A stretch of 64,000 nucleotides of DNA, taken from NCBI GenBank assembly GCA_964188305.1, contig OZ076887.1; one strand, 5' to 3'. The notes beneath the pieces were generated by a model. The model worked only from the letters and a program-made list of their open reading frames with translations. It was not told where the DNA came from and searched no databases. Position 1 is the stretch's first letter; each line of letters starts with the position of its first letter. This DNA is from Podarcis bocagei (taxonomy: Eukaryota). Position numbers and translations under genes: made by a program. Below, piece after piece: positions 1 to 13,824 of this stretch.

Positions 1-723
1 CCATTCGTTGAGGTGTTCACTGGATCAAATTGTATTCCACTCTAAATATCTTTTTTTGCTAAGTACTAAGGGAGCGCAATGAAACCATCAGAAATGTCAC
101 TGCTTCATTTCTACTGCTTTTCTCTTTATCTCCATTAACTTCATTCAATCCATTGCCTGGATTTCCAGTTCAAATTAATATTAGTCACCAGAAGACATGT
201 TTGCAAACTGCTTCTCTCTAGGCCTTAATTATTATGCAAACCATCTGGCCTTTTTGCCTGCATTGTTTCCTTTTATGCCTTTTCTTTATAACAACATAAT
301 TGTCTTTAAAGATCTGTTTCAACGTCTCTGAAGGCTGAGCAGGATATCTTTAACAACTTTGAGATCTTATTTAAATATATGCAGAAAATTCCATTCCATT
401 TTTAAAATGTGGCCTGAAAATCAGAACTGAAATGTTTTTTTAGAAGTTTAGTTGGCTTCACCCCAATATTTATTTAATAAAATTGTATGACCAATGCAGC
501 TCTAAAGGTTGTCTTGGACATTGATATTATAGAATAAAGGATTTCCCATAAAATCAAGAACATCTTGCAGCCTTCCTGTGTCGAGGGGAGACATGAACCA
601 AATCATCGTCTGGGACAGGGTGATGCTTTAGTAGTATATTCTTCCATTTTTGTATCGGTATAATTTTTTCCCCTGTTTCATTTCTCTATTTAATTATGTT
701 AGCTCAGTCATATTGGTTTATAT

Positions 724-1016
724 CAGGGATGGGGAACTTCAGGCCCAGGGCTGAATGTGGCCCACAGGAGCACTCTATCTGGACCATGGAACATTGCCTA
801 GAACAAAACCCTAACCCTCCTCTAGTCATTTTACTTGGCTAGAAAGTATCCTTGAACTGTGATCCTATCTCTAGCTTGCCTGAATAGAGGGTGGAAAATG
901 GCGTGTGTGTCTCAGCACATCTCCTTATACCACATCCACCACTCGTATATGGCCCCTGGAAAGTTGCCCATGAGGGAATCTGGTCCTCTGGCTAAAAAAA
1001 AGGTCTCCCATCCCTC
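724..1016. mobile_element. hAT-type MITE (old)
   Basis: Imperfect TIRs cagggatggggaac / gtctcccatccct; 8-bp flanks gtttatat / ctttatac match 6/8. Confidence 0.6.
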
Positions 1017-1109
1017 CTTTATACAGTGTTGTTTTGTTTAGTTTAGTTTATTAGGTTTCTTACCTGCTGGTGTGTTTAAGCTGTTCATTAGGTTAGCTTA
1101 TTTGTATTT

Positions 1110-1600
1110 GTTTAGTTGTTTAGTCGTGTCCGACTCTTCGTGACCCCATGGACCAGAGCACGCCAGGCACTCCTGTCTTCCACTGCCTCCCGCAGTTTGG
1201 TCAGACTCATGCTGGTAGCTTCAAGAACACTGTCCAACCATCTCGTCCTCTGTCGTCCCCTTCTCCTTGTGCCCTCAATCTTTGCCAGCATAAGGGTCTT
1301 TTCCAGGGAGTCTTCTCTTCTCATGAGGTGGCCAAAGTATTGGAGCCTCAGCTTCAGGATCTGTCCTTCCAGTGAGCATTCAGGGCTGATTTCCTTAAGA
1401 GTGGATATGTTTGATCTTCTTGCAGTCCATGGGACTCTCAAGAGTCTCCTCCAGCACCATAATTCAAAAGCATCAATTCTTCGGTGGCCAGCCTTCTTTA
1501 TGGTCCAGCTCTCACTTCCATACATCACTACTGGGAAAACCATAGCTTTAACTATACGGACCTTTGTTGGCAAGGTGATGTTTCTGCTTTTTAAGATGCT
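1110..1600 (-). mobile_element. RTE-BovB LINE, 5'-truncated 3' fragment
   Basis: ORF 1112-1573 encodes the BovB ORF C-terminus (VKAMVFPVVMYGSESWT...LQYFGHLMRREDSLEKTLM...GVTKSRTRL) and ends in the BovB short-repeat tail. Confidence 0.93.
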
Positions 1601-1784
1601 TTACCCAATGTTGTATGTACTGGGGTATTTTTGTTGTTGTTATTATTATTTATAATTGTTTCTAAGATGTTTTTAATTGTTACACTTCCCATTCATTATT
1701 TTGTGAGCCATTTTGGGGGGAGGTTTTGTGGGAAAGTAGTATAAAAATAGACAGCAACAAACCTACTAGGTTGAAACCACCCTT

Positions 1785-1910
1785 CTGTAAGGTGGGGACG
1801 ATGATACTGGCCTTCTTTACAGAGTTGTTGTAAGGAACACTGAGGTACTTGTGCGTGTTAGAGGCTTTGAATGCTTTCAGTGTGCTGCATGAATGCAAAG
1901 TATTATAATT
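1785..1910 (+). mobile_element. Degenerate CORE/MIR-like SINE fragment
   Basis: ctgtaaggtggggacgatgatac...cagagttgttgtaagg resembles the CORE-SINE domain; recognised from memory. Confidence 0.4.
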
Positions 1911-2161
1911 CCACTCGTGCCAATTGACTATACTTTCTATTGACCAGTCTCAGTGGAAGACGGAATCCATTCACATTAAATGCAGTTTCTAGAATGGTAA
2001 TCAATATTGCCAGAAAGCAGTGAAGTTCGCTTGTTAACCTCTTCTAAAATGCTGTAGCATTCAATAAGAGGCAATGACGACATGTGTCACACAATTGTGA
2101 GTGACACAACAGTTCTCTGCTTTGACATCTGCACCAACCTTACACCAGTGAAGGTTTAAAT

Positions 2162-2222
2162 ATAATAATAATAATTAATAATTTATTATTTATACCCCGC
2201 CCATCTGTCTGGGTTTCCTTCA
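2162..2222 (-). mobile_element. L2-type LINE 3' tail remnant
   Basis: (AAT)n followed by tttataccccgcccatctg, the same terminus as the copies at 33958 and 50105. Confidence 0.6.
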
Positions 2223-2639
2223 GATGAATGCATTTTAGTCCTCTTCTTCTTCAATCTTGCCCCATTATCCTGGCCTGTGGGCATTGGGTAGGTTGACTTC
2301 TTAACCATCCCCCAAAAAGAGAACAAGAGAGGACACAGATTTGCATTAAGTCTGAATATCCTAACTGATGTCTACGCAAATTTAGAAATACACACTATAT
2401 GTTTAATAAAAATACATCTCACCATGGTAGCAAGCAAGACTGTGGCCACGTGACCTGTATGCTGGCTCTGTCAGCAGTAAGGTGCTATTTATTAATGGGC
2501 ACCCTCAAGGCTCCTGCTCACCTTTCTTATGATTGTTTATCTGTAAACTGGTTTACGACTGGACAAGCCCTTCAGATGGGGAACTGTCCTCTGTAAAGAA
2601 GGTGAGGTGGCTCCCTGGTGTTGGAATGTTCTCCTACTC

Positions 2640-2759
2640 CAGGGATGGGGAATCTGTGGTCCTCCAATGTTGTTGGAATCCAATTCCCGTCATCTTTAAC
2701 CATGCTGATTGGAATTGGAGTCTAGCAACATCTGTAGAGCCTCAGTTGCGCCATCCCTG
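2640..2759. mobile_element. Short hAT-type MITE (old)
   Basis: TIRs cagggatgg / ccatccctg; related partial copy at ~11049-11140. Confidence 0.55.
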
Positions 2760-5700
2760 CCCTAAACCCTATTGCCAGTTCTAAAACGTCTACAGGTAGT
2801 TGCTTCCTGTGTCCCAGCTCCTCAGATGAATTGTTAGTAAAAGGGATACATTCTCTAGGAAAGCTTATTATGGACTCATGTAAAATCTGTTCCCACTCTA
2901 CCTATTCATTTTCTTAAACGTTTTAAATTGAATTTTAACAAGGATTCTTTCTTTAAAGATAAGTTTTAACAATTTCCAATGAAGAAATATAGGACACACT
3001 TATACAATTTGCTGAGTCAATCATAAAGCATACCAAGAATAAAAGGATGTGTGGTCTATAGTTGTAAAGGGTTCCGTCATCTAAATCAAAACAATTACAA
3101 ATTTTCATTTGCAAAAAAGAAGATAAACTTTAATTTTACTAAATCTAAATACTCGCATAGACTTGTGGTACCTGATGCTCCTGAGCCACTCTGTTTGTAT
3201 ATGAATAAAATTAGTCCAAATGGCAAATAAGTGATATTGGGAACTTTGGTCCCTGAACAATTTTAGCTTATGTGAGGCTTTGTTTTTCCCCCAAGAAGGC
3301 CAATTTGCCAAGTATTGGAATGTCAATTGTCCATTGGTACCCTATTGTCTTCTTTTTGATCTGTTTGTCACCAGGCTGAAAACATGAGCTCTGTCAGGCA
3401 AGATCTACTTTTATAATTTGATGGCACTTGGGAAAGCTGAAACAGCTGCTTTCTGGACTGTTTTCTGAAGAAACCTTTGTTTTCTTGACTTTGACAATAT
3501 TTGAGAACTCCTGTAATAAAACAGCGGTTCTATTTTTGTAATACTGGCTCCTGTCTTTGTTATCTCATGTCACCAACAGCGTCCCTTGAATTGTGAGCAG
3601 TTCCTGTTGAGTGACAGCTGTCCTACCCAGACACCTCAATGTCTCTCTCCTATGTGTGCTACTGTAACTCGTCGACTTTGCTTTTGGCTTGTTAATATTT
3701 CATAACCTTTTCACCTCAACTGCAGGCAATGGTTGTTAGAACATAACACCGAGAGATAAATTCTGCTCTTGGTTTTGTTCCCCAGCCACATCAGTTTTAA
3801 GGTTTGCATTGTATCTTGACAGCATGTATATATTCCTCTATGTCTTAAGGTTGGCCAAGGAGGGTGTACCATCTTAGTTAATCTGTGTGTCTCATGCATT
3901 AATCATGCATGACCCAAAGCAGAACACGTGTAGCTGCACTAGGGGCATTGGAGAAAAGTAGGCATATATAGTTGAAAAAAGAAAATATAAGTGGGTGTCA
4001 TGCAGCAGGTTAGGGTTAAAGGCAGATTGAGATCTGGAAAGGTTTTGGATTACTGTTCTACACTGAGATAATTGTATGATGGCAGAGTTAAAGTAGGCAA
4101 ACAAATTGTTAAACAATATGACATTACTATAACTGATTATATGGGGGGGATACAGTGCAATCCTATACATGCTCACTCAGAAATAAGTCCTATTGAGTTC
4201 AGTGGCACTTATTTCCAGGTACATGGGTACAGAATTACAGCCTTAATGTAGGAAGCAATTTCTAGTTAACCTTCCTTGCAACAGTCCTGTAACTTCCATT
4301 TTATAAGCAAGGCACAGATACAGCAAAACACAACAAACATCTGCTCCTGGTCCTTCCTCTTATGTAGGCAAGTAAAGAGAAGGTGCCTTGGTAGAAACCA
4401 CTTATGATCCAAACTGGAAAAAAGCGCAGGGGTTCAGTTGCCTTTCATTTTGAGGCACCCTTTTAAAATCTCCAAATGTTGTTTTTGTGCCATCATATTT
4501 TGTTCTTGCAAGGCATCTCTAGTCCAGAAACCTTCAAGCTGGCCCCAGATAAAAATGTGGTTCACAGCAACCTTCTGTACCATGAAAATAAATAAAAATA
4601 GTATTATTATTTTTAAAAAAACCAATTGATTTCATCAGGGTGGGATGGAGAGCACTGTCACATTCCTAAATAGCATTGACAGAGTAGGACATTCCTTTGA
4701 TGGCACACCAAGTTCTCAGCACTGTAGCCCCATAGTCACTGGCACTCCCAAATTCTATAGTACTGTTAAAATTCACTGGGAATTGTATGGGAAGGTGGTT
4801 GGTTTTTCTTCTTCTGGATTATGCCCTCCGCGTAATATAGTAGGTGGCAGATGTATTTATTTTAATGCATTATTTATTAACCATATTGATGTCCTGCCAC
4901 TCCAGAGAACCATTCAACCCATAGCAAAATAAACTCCAAACGCAAACAAAAAGGCAAAAACACAATTTGCTGAAGTAGCAGTGCAGATCCAAAAGCCCTG
5001 CTTAGATTTTTTTAAAAGATGCATCCGTAGTAAATCAATGATACCTGAGTCCCATTAAAATCAATGGGACACATTAGTTCTGGACTACTGTTAGCTCCCA
5101 TTCATTTCCTCCTCAAAACAGGTAGAATTTAGCACTGAGCTAATGTTCCATTTGTGCAAGCATTTTCGCTTCATCATAGCTCAGTGCCCCAGCCCCACTA
5201 ATATAGGGCTGCATGGGTGCACAGGGGTGGGGGGAGAGGTAAAAGTCCCATTGCACAAGCAGAAGTCTTTGCATAGGGCTTCTGCTGATGTGGCTCGCTA
5301 GGTGAATCCCTCTCCCAATACGTAAGTTTCCAGTCTGCATGGAGGTCTTGGTGCTGCCAGGGTGCATCTCTATAGGGATTCAGAAATAGTAAATTCATGA
5401 GCCTTCTTGATATGCCTTGTCAAACCTGATTTTCAGCCCCCACCCACCCAAAAAAGAAGCACATTTATCGGTGGTCAGTTGAAGGATGATAAGGCAGAAA
5501 AATACAGTAGTGTTTTTACTAACTTTTTACCGCTTTGTAGTTACTTCTCTTCCTTGCCTATGTTCCTTCCAGCTGTCCACCCCATATTTTCAGGGAGAGC
5601 TTTATTCAGTTCTCCAGATATTATGCCGTGCTTTGGGTTGAGATTTCTTTTTCTTTTCTTCTTCCCTGGCATTTATTTTTAATGGCTTTCTTTGAGTTAG

Positions 5701-6282
5701 CAGCAACATCACAATGAAGCAAAGTGAAGCATGGAACAGGAAAGTCCACTTTGGAGTCCTCCCCAAGGGGTGGAGCTGAGGTGATCACTGAAAAGAAGCC
5801 TCTTCTATATGGAAAATCTAATGAGCAACTCTTTCCTTGCAGCCAGCTGGGAGATATCTTCAGGCGCACACATTTTTTTACAGCAAAGGGCCTAATAAAA
5901 ATAGTTGGATTCAAATAACACATGATGCTCCAGAAAAAGGCCATCCACTAGGCTCTCTGCAACTGGGATGTCTAAGGTCTCATCCAGACACACAACCAAC
6001 CACAGTGATTCTGTGCCACTGAAGAATGGGGCTGCATTCACATGACAGTTTATTATTTTACCCTGATGTTTCCTCAACGGCTAATTTGCACATTATAGTT
6101 GAGCTATCACATGATGTGAAAACCACTTCCGGAAATTTATCATGTATCGTGGAGCTCTTTACTAAGAAACATAGTTTGGACGTGAGGTAATAATTTGTTA
6201 ATAATAATAATATGATTTTTCCTGTAATTGTGATGTTTAGCTAATTTTTTTAGTTGCGGTTTTTTTAATAGAGTTTTACAGC

Positions 6283-6808
6283 CTGATTCTTGGGAGAAAA
6301 GCAATGACAAACCTAGACAGCATCTTAAAAACATCACCTTGCCAACAAAGGTCCGTATAGTGAAAGCCATGGTTTTCCCAGTAGTGATGTATGGAAGTGA
6401 AAGCTGGACTATAAAGAAGGCTGATCGCCGAAGAATTGATGCTTTTGAATTATGGTGCTGGAGGAGACTCTTGAGAGTTCCATGGACTCCAAGAAGATCA
6501 AACCTATCCATTCTGAAGGAAATCAGCCCTGAGCGCTCACTGGAAGGACAGATCGTGAAGCTGAGGTTCCAATACTTTGGCCACCTCATGAGAAGAGAAG
6601 ACTCCCTGGAAAAGACCCTGATGCGGGGAAAGATGGAGGGCACAAGGAGAAGGGGACGACAGAAGAAGAGATGGTTGGATAGTTCTTGAAGCTACGAACA
6701 TGAGTTTGAGCAAACTGTGGGAGGCAGTGGAAGACAGGAGTGCCTGGCGTGCTCTGGTCCAGGGGGTCACGAAGAGTCGGACACGACTAAACGACTAAAC
6801 AACAACAA
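6283..6808 (+). mobile_element. RTE-BovB LINE, 5'-truncated 3' fragment
   Basis: ORF 6339-6689 gives the BovB C-terminal peptide with a premature stop; ends gagtcggacacgactaaacgactaaacaacaac. Inverted relative to the 1110 copy. Confidence 0.93.
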
Positions 6809-8314
6809 TTGTTTTATTGATGGTTTGTTAATTATTTTATATGATTTATGCTTTATTTGGGATGTGACGACCACAGTACCTGGAGACCATCCATCAGGTT
6901 GTGTATCCACAGCAGTGAACAGAAGAGGAATGACTGATGGAGCTCAGAGGGAAAAAACACCGTGGTGCATCTGCAGCAGCACAACTGGACACCTTCATCT
7001 GCCCCAGCTGCAACAAAACATATCTCTCCCATATTGGTCTCTACAGCCACAGCAGGTGCTTTAACTATTTAAATTTAAATATACGATAATAGCTTCTAAT
7101 ATTAAATTCAGCTTTACTGATAAACCACAAAATGTATTTATTTGGAAAAATAGGAAGAAACCTCCATTTTGCGGTCATTAAATATTCTGTCTATTTGGAA
7201 ACCATTTTCAGACTTGCTATTTAGAAATGTCTAATTACCATTAATTAAAATGCAGCCATGAACACCATTCTAATTTATAATTAGAAAAGTAATTTAAGTC
7301 TGAAATTCATTCCCCGGAAAATATTATTTATCGCTGATAAAAGAATTGTTATTGCCTATTTAACAAAAGGAAGATCTGATAGGAGGATGAGTTGAAAGTT
7401 ACATATTTGTTCTCTGGGATTAGCTCAAATTAACAACTGAGCTGGCAAAATTCATCACTTTTTAGGAATATCTCACTGGTGTTAGAATTTACCAGCAGAA
7501 GTAAAACATGAAAACATATGCCTATGGCCTGATCCTGCAGGGTTATTTTTATGCTGGTATGACACATAAGCACAGTGTGATGAGACATATGCACCTTGAC
7601 TGACCTGCTTATTCCATTTATAAGACTGTAAACATAAAGAGCTGGAAATCCGCTTAATGAGGTTTCCATATAACTTGCATTCATTGCTGCAATCGTGGCC
7701 AAATACTATTCTCCCCCCTACAATTTATTACTAGCTGAAGCTGGCTGATAATTTTTGAAGGCCTTTGAAGATTGTGAGAAAAAAGTATTGAAATATAAAA
7801 GCAAAAAGCAAAAGTAGTTTAGTCCGTAGGCATGGGTTTTAAACTCCTATTATTGAGGTGTGACTGGCTGAAGAGAAAAAGGCTATATGTGGGAAGTGAG
7901 AAAGGTTTTTGGGTCCCTAGAGCCACAAATGAAATGGGAGTAATTGGGCAGGTGCTATTTGCAAACCTCTGACTACAGGACGTGTCACAAACAAGCTAGG
8001 TGTTGGAAAGATTGCATTCCTTTAGGATTAGCAATGGCGTTATACATGATACAGACATAATCTTCCAAGCAAATGCAAAATGTGTATATCCTGTATGTGT
8101 TAGGATTAATTGAGCTAATCAATTAATACTCAGATGTGACAAAAGCAGGAACATAATATATTCCAATGTGAACTCAACTATTTGGACTCTGAATAGTGGA
8201 TTTTGGTAATTTTTGCTGATTTTCCATGGGCATCACTGAGGCTGACATCTTGCCTGCAGAAACTACAAAAGTCTGATCTTATTGCTTTGGAATAACTGCC
8301 CTGAGACCTCCAGG

Positions 8315-8694
8315 CAGTGCTTTTTTTCCTTCTAAAAAAATATTTAGGGGTACAGTGGTACCTTGGGTTACATACGCTTCAGGTTACATACGCTTCAGGT
8401 TACAGACTCCACTAACCCAGAATAGTGCTTCAAGTTAAGAACTTTGCTTCAGGATGAGAACAGAAATCGTGCTCCAGCGGTGTGGCAGCAGCAGGAGGCC
8501 CCATTAGCTAAAGTGGTGCTTCAGGTTAAGAACAGTTTCGGGTTAAGTACGGATCTCTGGAACGAACTGAGTACTTAACCCGAGGTACCACTGTACTCTC
8601 ATTTTCCTAATCATATTGAAACACTTCCCCTCAATGAGGCCAAACTTAGATTCACAAAATGTTTAGGGGTTTTCCCCCCAGGAAACATGCACTG
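8315..8694. mobile_element. hAT MITE (interrupted by a Tc1/mariner MITE)
   Basis: Imperfect TIRs cagtgctttttttcc / ggaaacatgcactg; 8-bp TSD cctccagg (8307-8314) / cctccggg (8695-8702). Confidence 0.75.
8353..8593. mobile_element. Tc1/mariner (pogo/Tigger-like) MITE
   Basis: TIRs cagtggtacct(t/c)gggtta at both ends; TA TSD at 8351-8352 and 8594-8595; second copy at 57354-57576. Confidence 0.9.
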
Positions 8695-9210
8695 CCTCCG
8701 GGTATAGGGCAGTATATAAATTCAATAAATAAAATAATAAATAAGTAAATAATACAAGGCTCTCTGTAGCTGTGCATACACAATTAAGGTTCTGCATAGC
8801 TACTTCACCAACTGATTTTTCAAAAAAATATTTGAGAAAAATAATGTTTTCTGTGGTGGGACAGAATTGAGTCTTATTATTTGAAGGCATTGGTGCTCTA
8901 AACCTGCCAGCTGTAGAATGGCACTGCAGAACCTTTCAGGCACTCTTTGTACTTCCCAAATAAAGCAGCAAGAATAATCTATCTACAAGCTAGTAAAATC
9001 TGTTTACCAAGTTTGTTGAAGCCGTTACTAACATTACTGTTCCCTAACCCCTCTGTTTGATTCAGAATTGACTTGTTATTTATAAACCTTCTTAGAGGGC
9101 ATTCAGAAAAACTTTCAGTTCTGAATGCATTCTTCAGATCAATGCTCACTGATAGTGCCCTGCACATATATTATTACATTGTGCCAGTGGACTTGGAGAT
9201 CGGTTTCACC

Positions 9211-9357
9211 CAGTGGCGTAGCGTGGGGGGTGCAGGGGGGGCCGGCCGCACCGGGTGCAACATCTGGGGGTTAGGGTTAGGGGGCGCAAATCCATGGGTT
9301 AGCGGGCGCAAATTACTTGCCTTGCCCCGGGTGCTGACAACCCACGCTACACCACTG
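9211..9357. mobile_element. hAT MITE, young
   Basis: TIRs cagtggcgtagcgtggg / cccacgctacaccactg (1 mismatch); perfect 8-bp TSD gtttcacc at 9203-9210 and 9358-9365. Confidence 0.92.
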
Positions 9358-12300
9358 GTTTCACCTTTCCTGCATCTGTCCCATAGTACCAGGAATGTTG
9401 GAGACCCACGTGGGAATTCAACCACTCCCTCCAACCAAACATATCTTAGCATCATAGGGTTTCTCAACATAGGGTTGAGAAAAATCTCATAAAACCAGTT
9501 CTGTTTTTCTAGAAAAGGAGATGCTGGAACTCACCATGAACACCTCCCTCGTTCTCTTAGAATGGCAATGGCGCCCACTGGCAAGTTCCAGCTGGGGGGG
9601 AAAGCCCTGCATAAAACATAAAACAAGGGTACAACAACCACATTACCCATTTGCAAGGTATGATCAAGATAAAACATTGACCTAGAAAGAGAACATACTT
9701 ACCAGTCAAAAGGCTGTTTGGTCAAGGGTTCTAACATAATTTGGAGCAGCAGTCAGTGGGAGCTACTACAAGAGTAAGTGATAATTTCAGTGAGAGTTGC
9801 TCTAGAATCAAAAGAGTTAACACTTGTAGGTACGTGCAGATGCAAAGCAGCTCTTTTTGTTCAAATGCCTGGTCTGCTGAACACAATGACTGTGGACACT
9901 CAGAATCTCATTCATCTAATCTGGAAAAGTTTTCCTAAAAAATGATGCTGCAGTCAAGCATTACGAACTGGATAAGTTCATACGACAAACCAGGCAATTA
10001 TAAATTTCAGTGACGTGAAATGGCTGTCTGCCAACGATGAATTATTTCTTAGGCAAGTGTGAACAATCGATAGGAAAGCACAAGATTCTCTTGCCAGTGT
10101 GCACCTTGTTTGGGTCAGAGGTAAAGTACCAGCCAGATTGTAAAGTACCATTACAATCTCTTCTAACCAGGGCAAGTTATTTTTCATAGTTATCTTGATT
10201 TTCTAGGGTTTTACCTACAGAGTGAAGTAGCTTTGCAACAATTACTCGCCCACAATATACTGTGTTTGTTAATTACCTGCTTTCATAGGCATATCTATTA
10301 GGGTTGTGCACAGGTCCTCCCCGCAAGGTTTGTCTTGTATCAATTTGATTTTTTAAATTATGATCTGAGCCACTCCATACTCTCTTTGCTTCAGTCTGTG
10401 TTTGGGGTTCTAAACTGCTCTGTACAAAACAGAACTCTGTGCTCCTCATTCATTATTTTTCTTATTTAACAAAATAAAATTTAACAAAATTATAATGGGG
10501 AACCCCCCCCCCCTTTTAAAATTTTCCTCTTTTGGCCAAAGTGAAAGAGCCCCTCCAGAGTGGATTAAGGCTGCCAAATTGCAGACAAATAGGTCCAGCG
10601 GCCTTTTGTGGGGGAAGTAAAATGAATTCATGTTCTTCCATAATTCACATTAGTTTCCTTTTCTTGAGAGGGAGAGCAGGGATTTGTGTCTTTCTTAGCT
10701 AATGTAAAAAACCTAAGAGGTGGCTGAGCGGTGTGTATGCTTGCTTGCACATTTTAAAAACCTTCACAGCAGCCTTTCAGGCGTTAGGCCTTACTGGCCT
10801 CCAATAGGCCTATGGCATGAGACTGTGCAGAATGATACCTGTGGAGTTTTGAACAGCTCTAGTTTGTGAGTGTGCACATGTGTTAAAGCTGAGCAATGCA
10901 GGATTTAAAAGAGCACATCTTAAATTAAATGTCTAACTTTTTATTTTAAAAAAAATCTCAGCTGCATTCATTCATTCATTTAAAACACACAATTTGGAGC
11001 TCTTTAGTCAACATTTTGGACAGCCTCACGTCTTGAAAATCCAGTGAACAGGTGTGGGGAACCTTTGGTCCTCCAGATGTTGGTGAACTACAACTTCCAT
11101 TAGCCCCAGCAAGAATGGCCAATAGCCAAGGATGATGGAAAGATCAAACATAGAGAACATAGAAGAGTTCAGAACTACTAAAGGAACAGAAGGCTTTGTG
11201 GGGCCTCAGCTGACTTGAGGAGATATTGACAACAGGTTTTGAATCAGTATTGGGGGGGGAGACATCCAAATCACCCCCATTTGTCTAGTTATTCAGCCTT
11301 CCTCCCAGACAGCCAGTGCACACCACCAATATCCATGACAGTCATTTATAGCTTAATAACAAAACAAAGCCAAGGACCTTTTGTAAAGCTTTCCTACCTG
11401 GTCATCTGGAGGGAATTCTTGAATATGGTATATATGAACCCATCTGAAAGGTTGCTGGGGACCTCTCTCTTCATGCTTTGTCTATTTACGGTAGTTTATT
11501 TGATCTGGGTTTGAAGAGGAGTATGTGTGGCAGCAACTCATCTGACTTGCTTTTTATCAATATTGGGTTTTTTACACTCAGTGGGTTGTTGTTGTTGTTG
11601 CGGCTGCTGTCTGTCTTGATAAGGTTTACTGTTTCATATTCCAAGAACCACTTGTCTAGTAAATTTATTTACAGTTTAGGGTACGGTAGCAACACATTGC
11701 ATTAACAATATGAGCGTAGGCATTTCCTGGAAGCACAGAATATGTCAGCGGGATGATGGCTTAGCATTTATGAATTCCAAAAAATCACCCTTCTAGGGAA
11801 CAAAATAAACCCTTTATAAACTGATCATTGGGTGTTTTACTTCTGGTTACTGCAAAAGAAGAATACGCTCAGTCATCACTACACTGACAGCAAAGGCACC
11901 CACGAATACATAGATTTTGCACTGGCTTACAATAAACCTCCCTCCACTGTTGGTACTGTATACAGCTGCTTTCTTCACATCTGACCAGGCTGTTCTGCCA
12001 AGGGTGAGAGGGAAGAAAGCAGCACAGTTGTCATGTCCAGAGAATCATTCATGTGCATGATAATCCCCAACAATCTTTGTGTCTGAAAGTGAGAGCTTCA
12101 ATAAAGTGGAACCCATGTGCACAGAGACCAAAACAAGGGGAAAAGAGGGAGAGATTGAGAAAACTGGTTGCAGAGGGATGGGGACCATTTTATGCTGATT
12201 TTTTGTGCCTCCCTGTATTCCCCAGTAATTTGAGTGCTGTGTGAAGTTATATTCATAGCTCTGGTTATTTACGTGTTTCGGATGTATCCAGAGCTATTTG

Positions 12301-13049
12301 GCTAAAGGAGCTGTCATGGCTCAGGCCTTGGAACAGGATTAAGGGTGTCATAACTTCCCAAAGAGTAGGAGCTGCTAGGAAATCAGGAGGAAGCCAGCTC
12401 AAATTGTTATTCATGGCGGGAAAGGCTAATCTGCAACCACAGACTTTGATCTTCCTTTCAGTAACACCTGAGAATCTTGCCCCTGATTATTTGTCATGGA
12501 ACATCAACCATTCCTGCCTAGGAAAATAGTTGTCCTCAGCAGCCCAGCCCAGCCAGAAGCAACGCAGCACACATTTGGTCGGTATATTGCTCTTGATACT
12601 CAAACAGAGAGAATGTAATTTGTAAATTTATACAACCTGAAAGCCAACTAACAATCACATCATTATACCAATCCTGTCGTGTAAGCTGGAATTATTATAC
12701 CTATATTGCATGTGAGGGTTAAGCTATTCTGCTCTAAGTGCTGTCCCATGGCCTGAAAATCCTGCTGTTTATTGCATATCGCTGATTTTCTCACGCTCAC
12801 CCTGCTCCAAATATGACAAGAGACTGTGGCCTTTGGACTGCTGCACCATTAAAAAACAACAATGTGCATAGAAAGGGTTCCTTGACTTGGTATTGTTCTG
12901 TGTCCATGGAAGTTGTTGTATGGAGAATTATTTCATTGTGCAAGTGGTACAGCCCAGGCACAGTTTTATCACCTTTGCAAGAACCCAGTGTCCAGTTTCG
13001 AGTATGAAGTGTGCTCAAAAGTGTGCACAGTTCCCCGCAGCGTAGAACA

Positions 13050-13205
13050 GGAACACAGGAAGCTAGCTTATACTGAGTCAGGTCTATATAGCTCAGTATT
13101 ATGTACATTCACTGTCAGTTCTCCAGGATTTTAGAAATGCCAGGGACCAAGCCTGGAAACATATGCAGGCAATGTAAATGCTCTCCCATTTAGCTATGGC
13201 CCTAT
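13050..13205 (-). mobile_element. Old tRNA-headed SINE remnant (related copy ~53388-53550)
   Basis: Degenerate tRNA-like head at the right end and CR1-like tail at the left; similar to 53388-53550. Confidence 0.4.
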
Positions 13206-13824
13206 CCTCACCCTACTTTCCCATTACTTTCTGTAAAAAATCCACATGCGGATTTGAGTGCCCATGGACTTCAAAATGGACTTAATCCAAAACAATCTAA
13301 CAGCTAAAAACTTAAGATGTTACTTGGCAGCCATTTCCATTAATTTCTAAGGACCAATTTTCACATCAGAACCCCAGTTGAAAGAAGTGTGAACAGATTA
13401 TTTGCAAATGCAACTGACTCGCAAAAAAAGTAGCATCTTAACCTGAATTTCAGGATGCTATTTAAATGCTGGCCATGTCTGAAAAATAGCTTGCAAAACC
13501 AATTCAAAGCTGGGCCTGATATGTAGCAACAGGAAAATAAAGCGCAACTGTATGCACCCAATCTCTTTGGCGTAGCTGAAGGGGACTCACTATATCATAG
13601 CCAATGTGTTTAAGACAAACATAAGGCAATAGCAGCAAGTGCATTTTTTTCATTGAAGAAGAAGCAAGTTGCTGCTAAGAGGACCTATTATTTTATATCT
13701 ACCAAAATAATTAGTTTTGTTTGCTAAAATTAAGGCTGTAACTTGGAGCAAAGCTATCCTAATCCGCTGTGCTACTTTTACAACAGATTTCTCAGGGTTT
13801 TAATGGCAACAAACAGGAAACTCG

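Noticed and set aside
1116-1655. 179-aa plus-strand ORF and similar ORFs at 6140, 20523 and 37217
   Set aside because: Antisense frames of BovB fragments, recurring in each copy.
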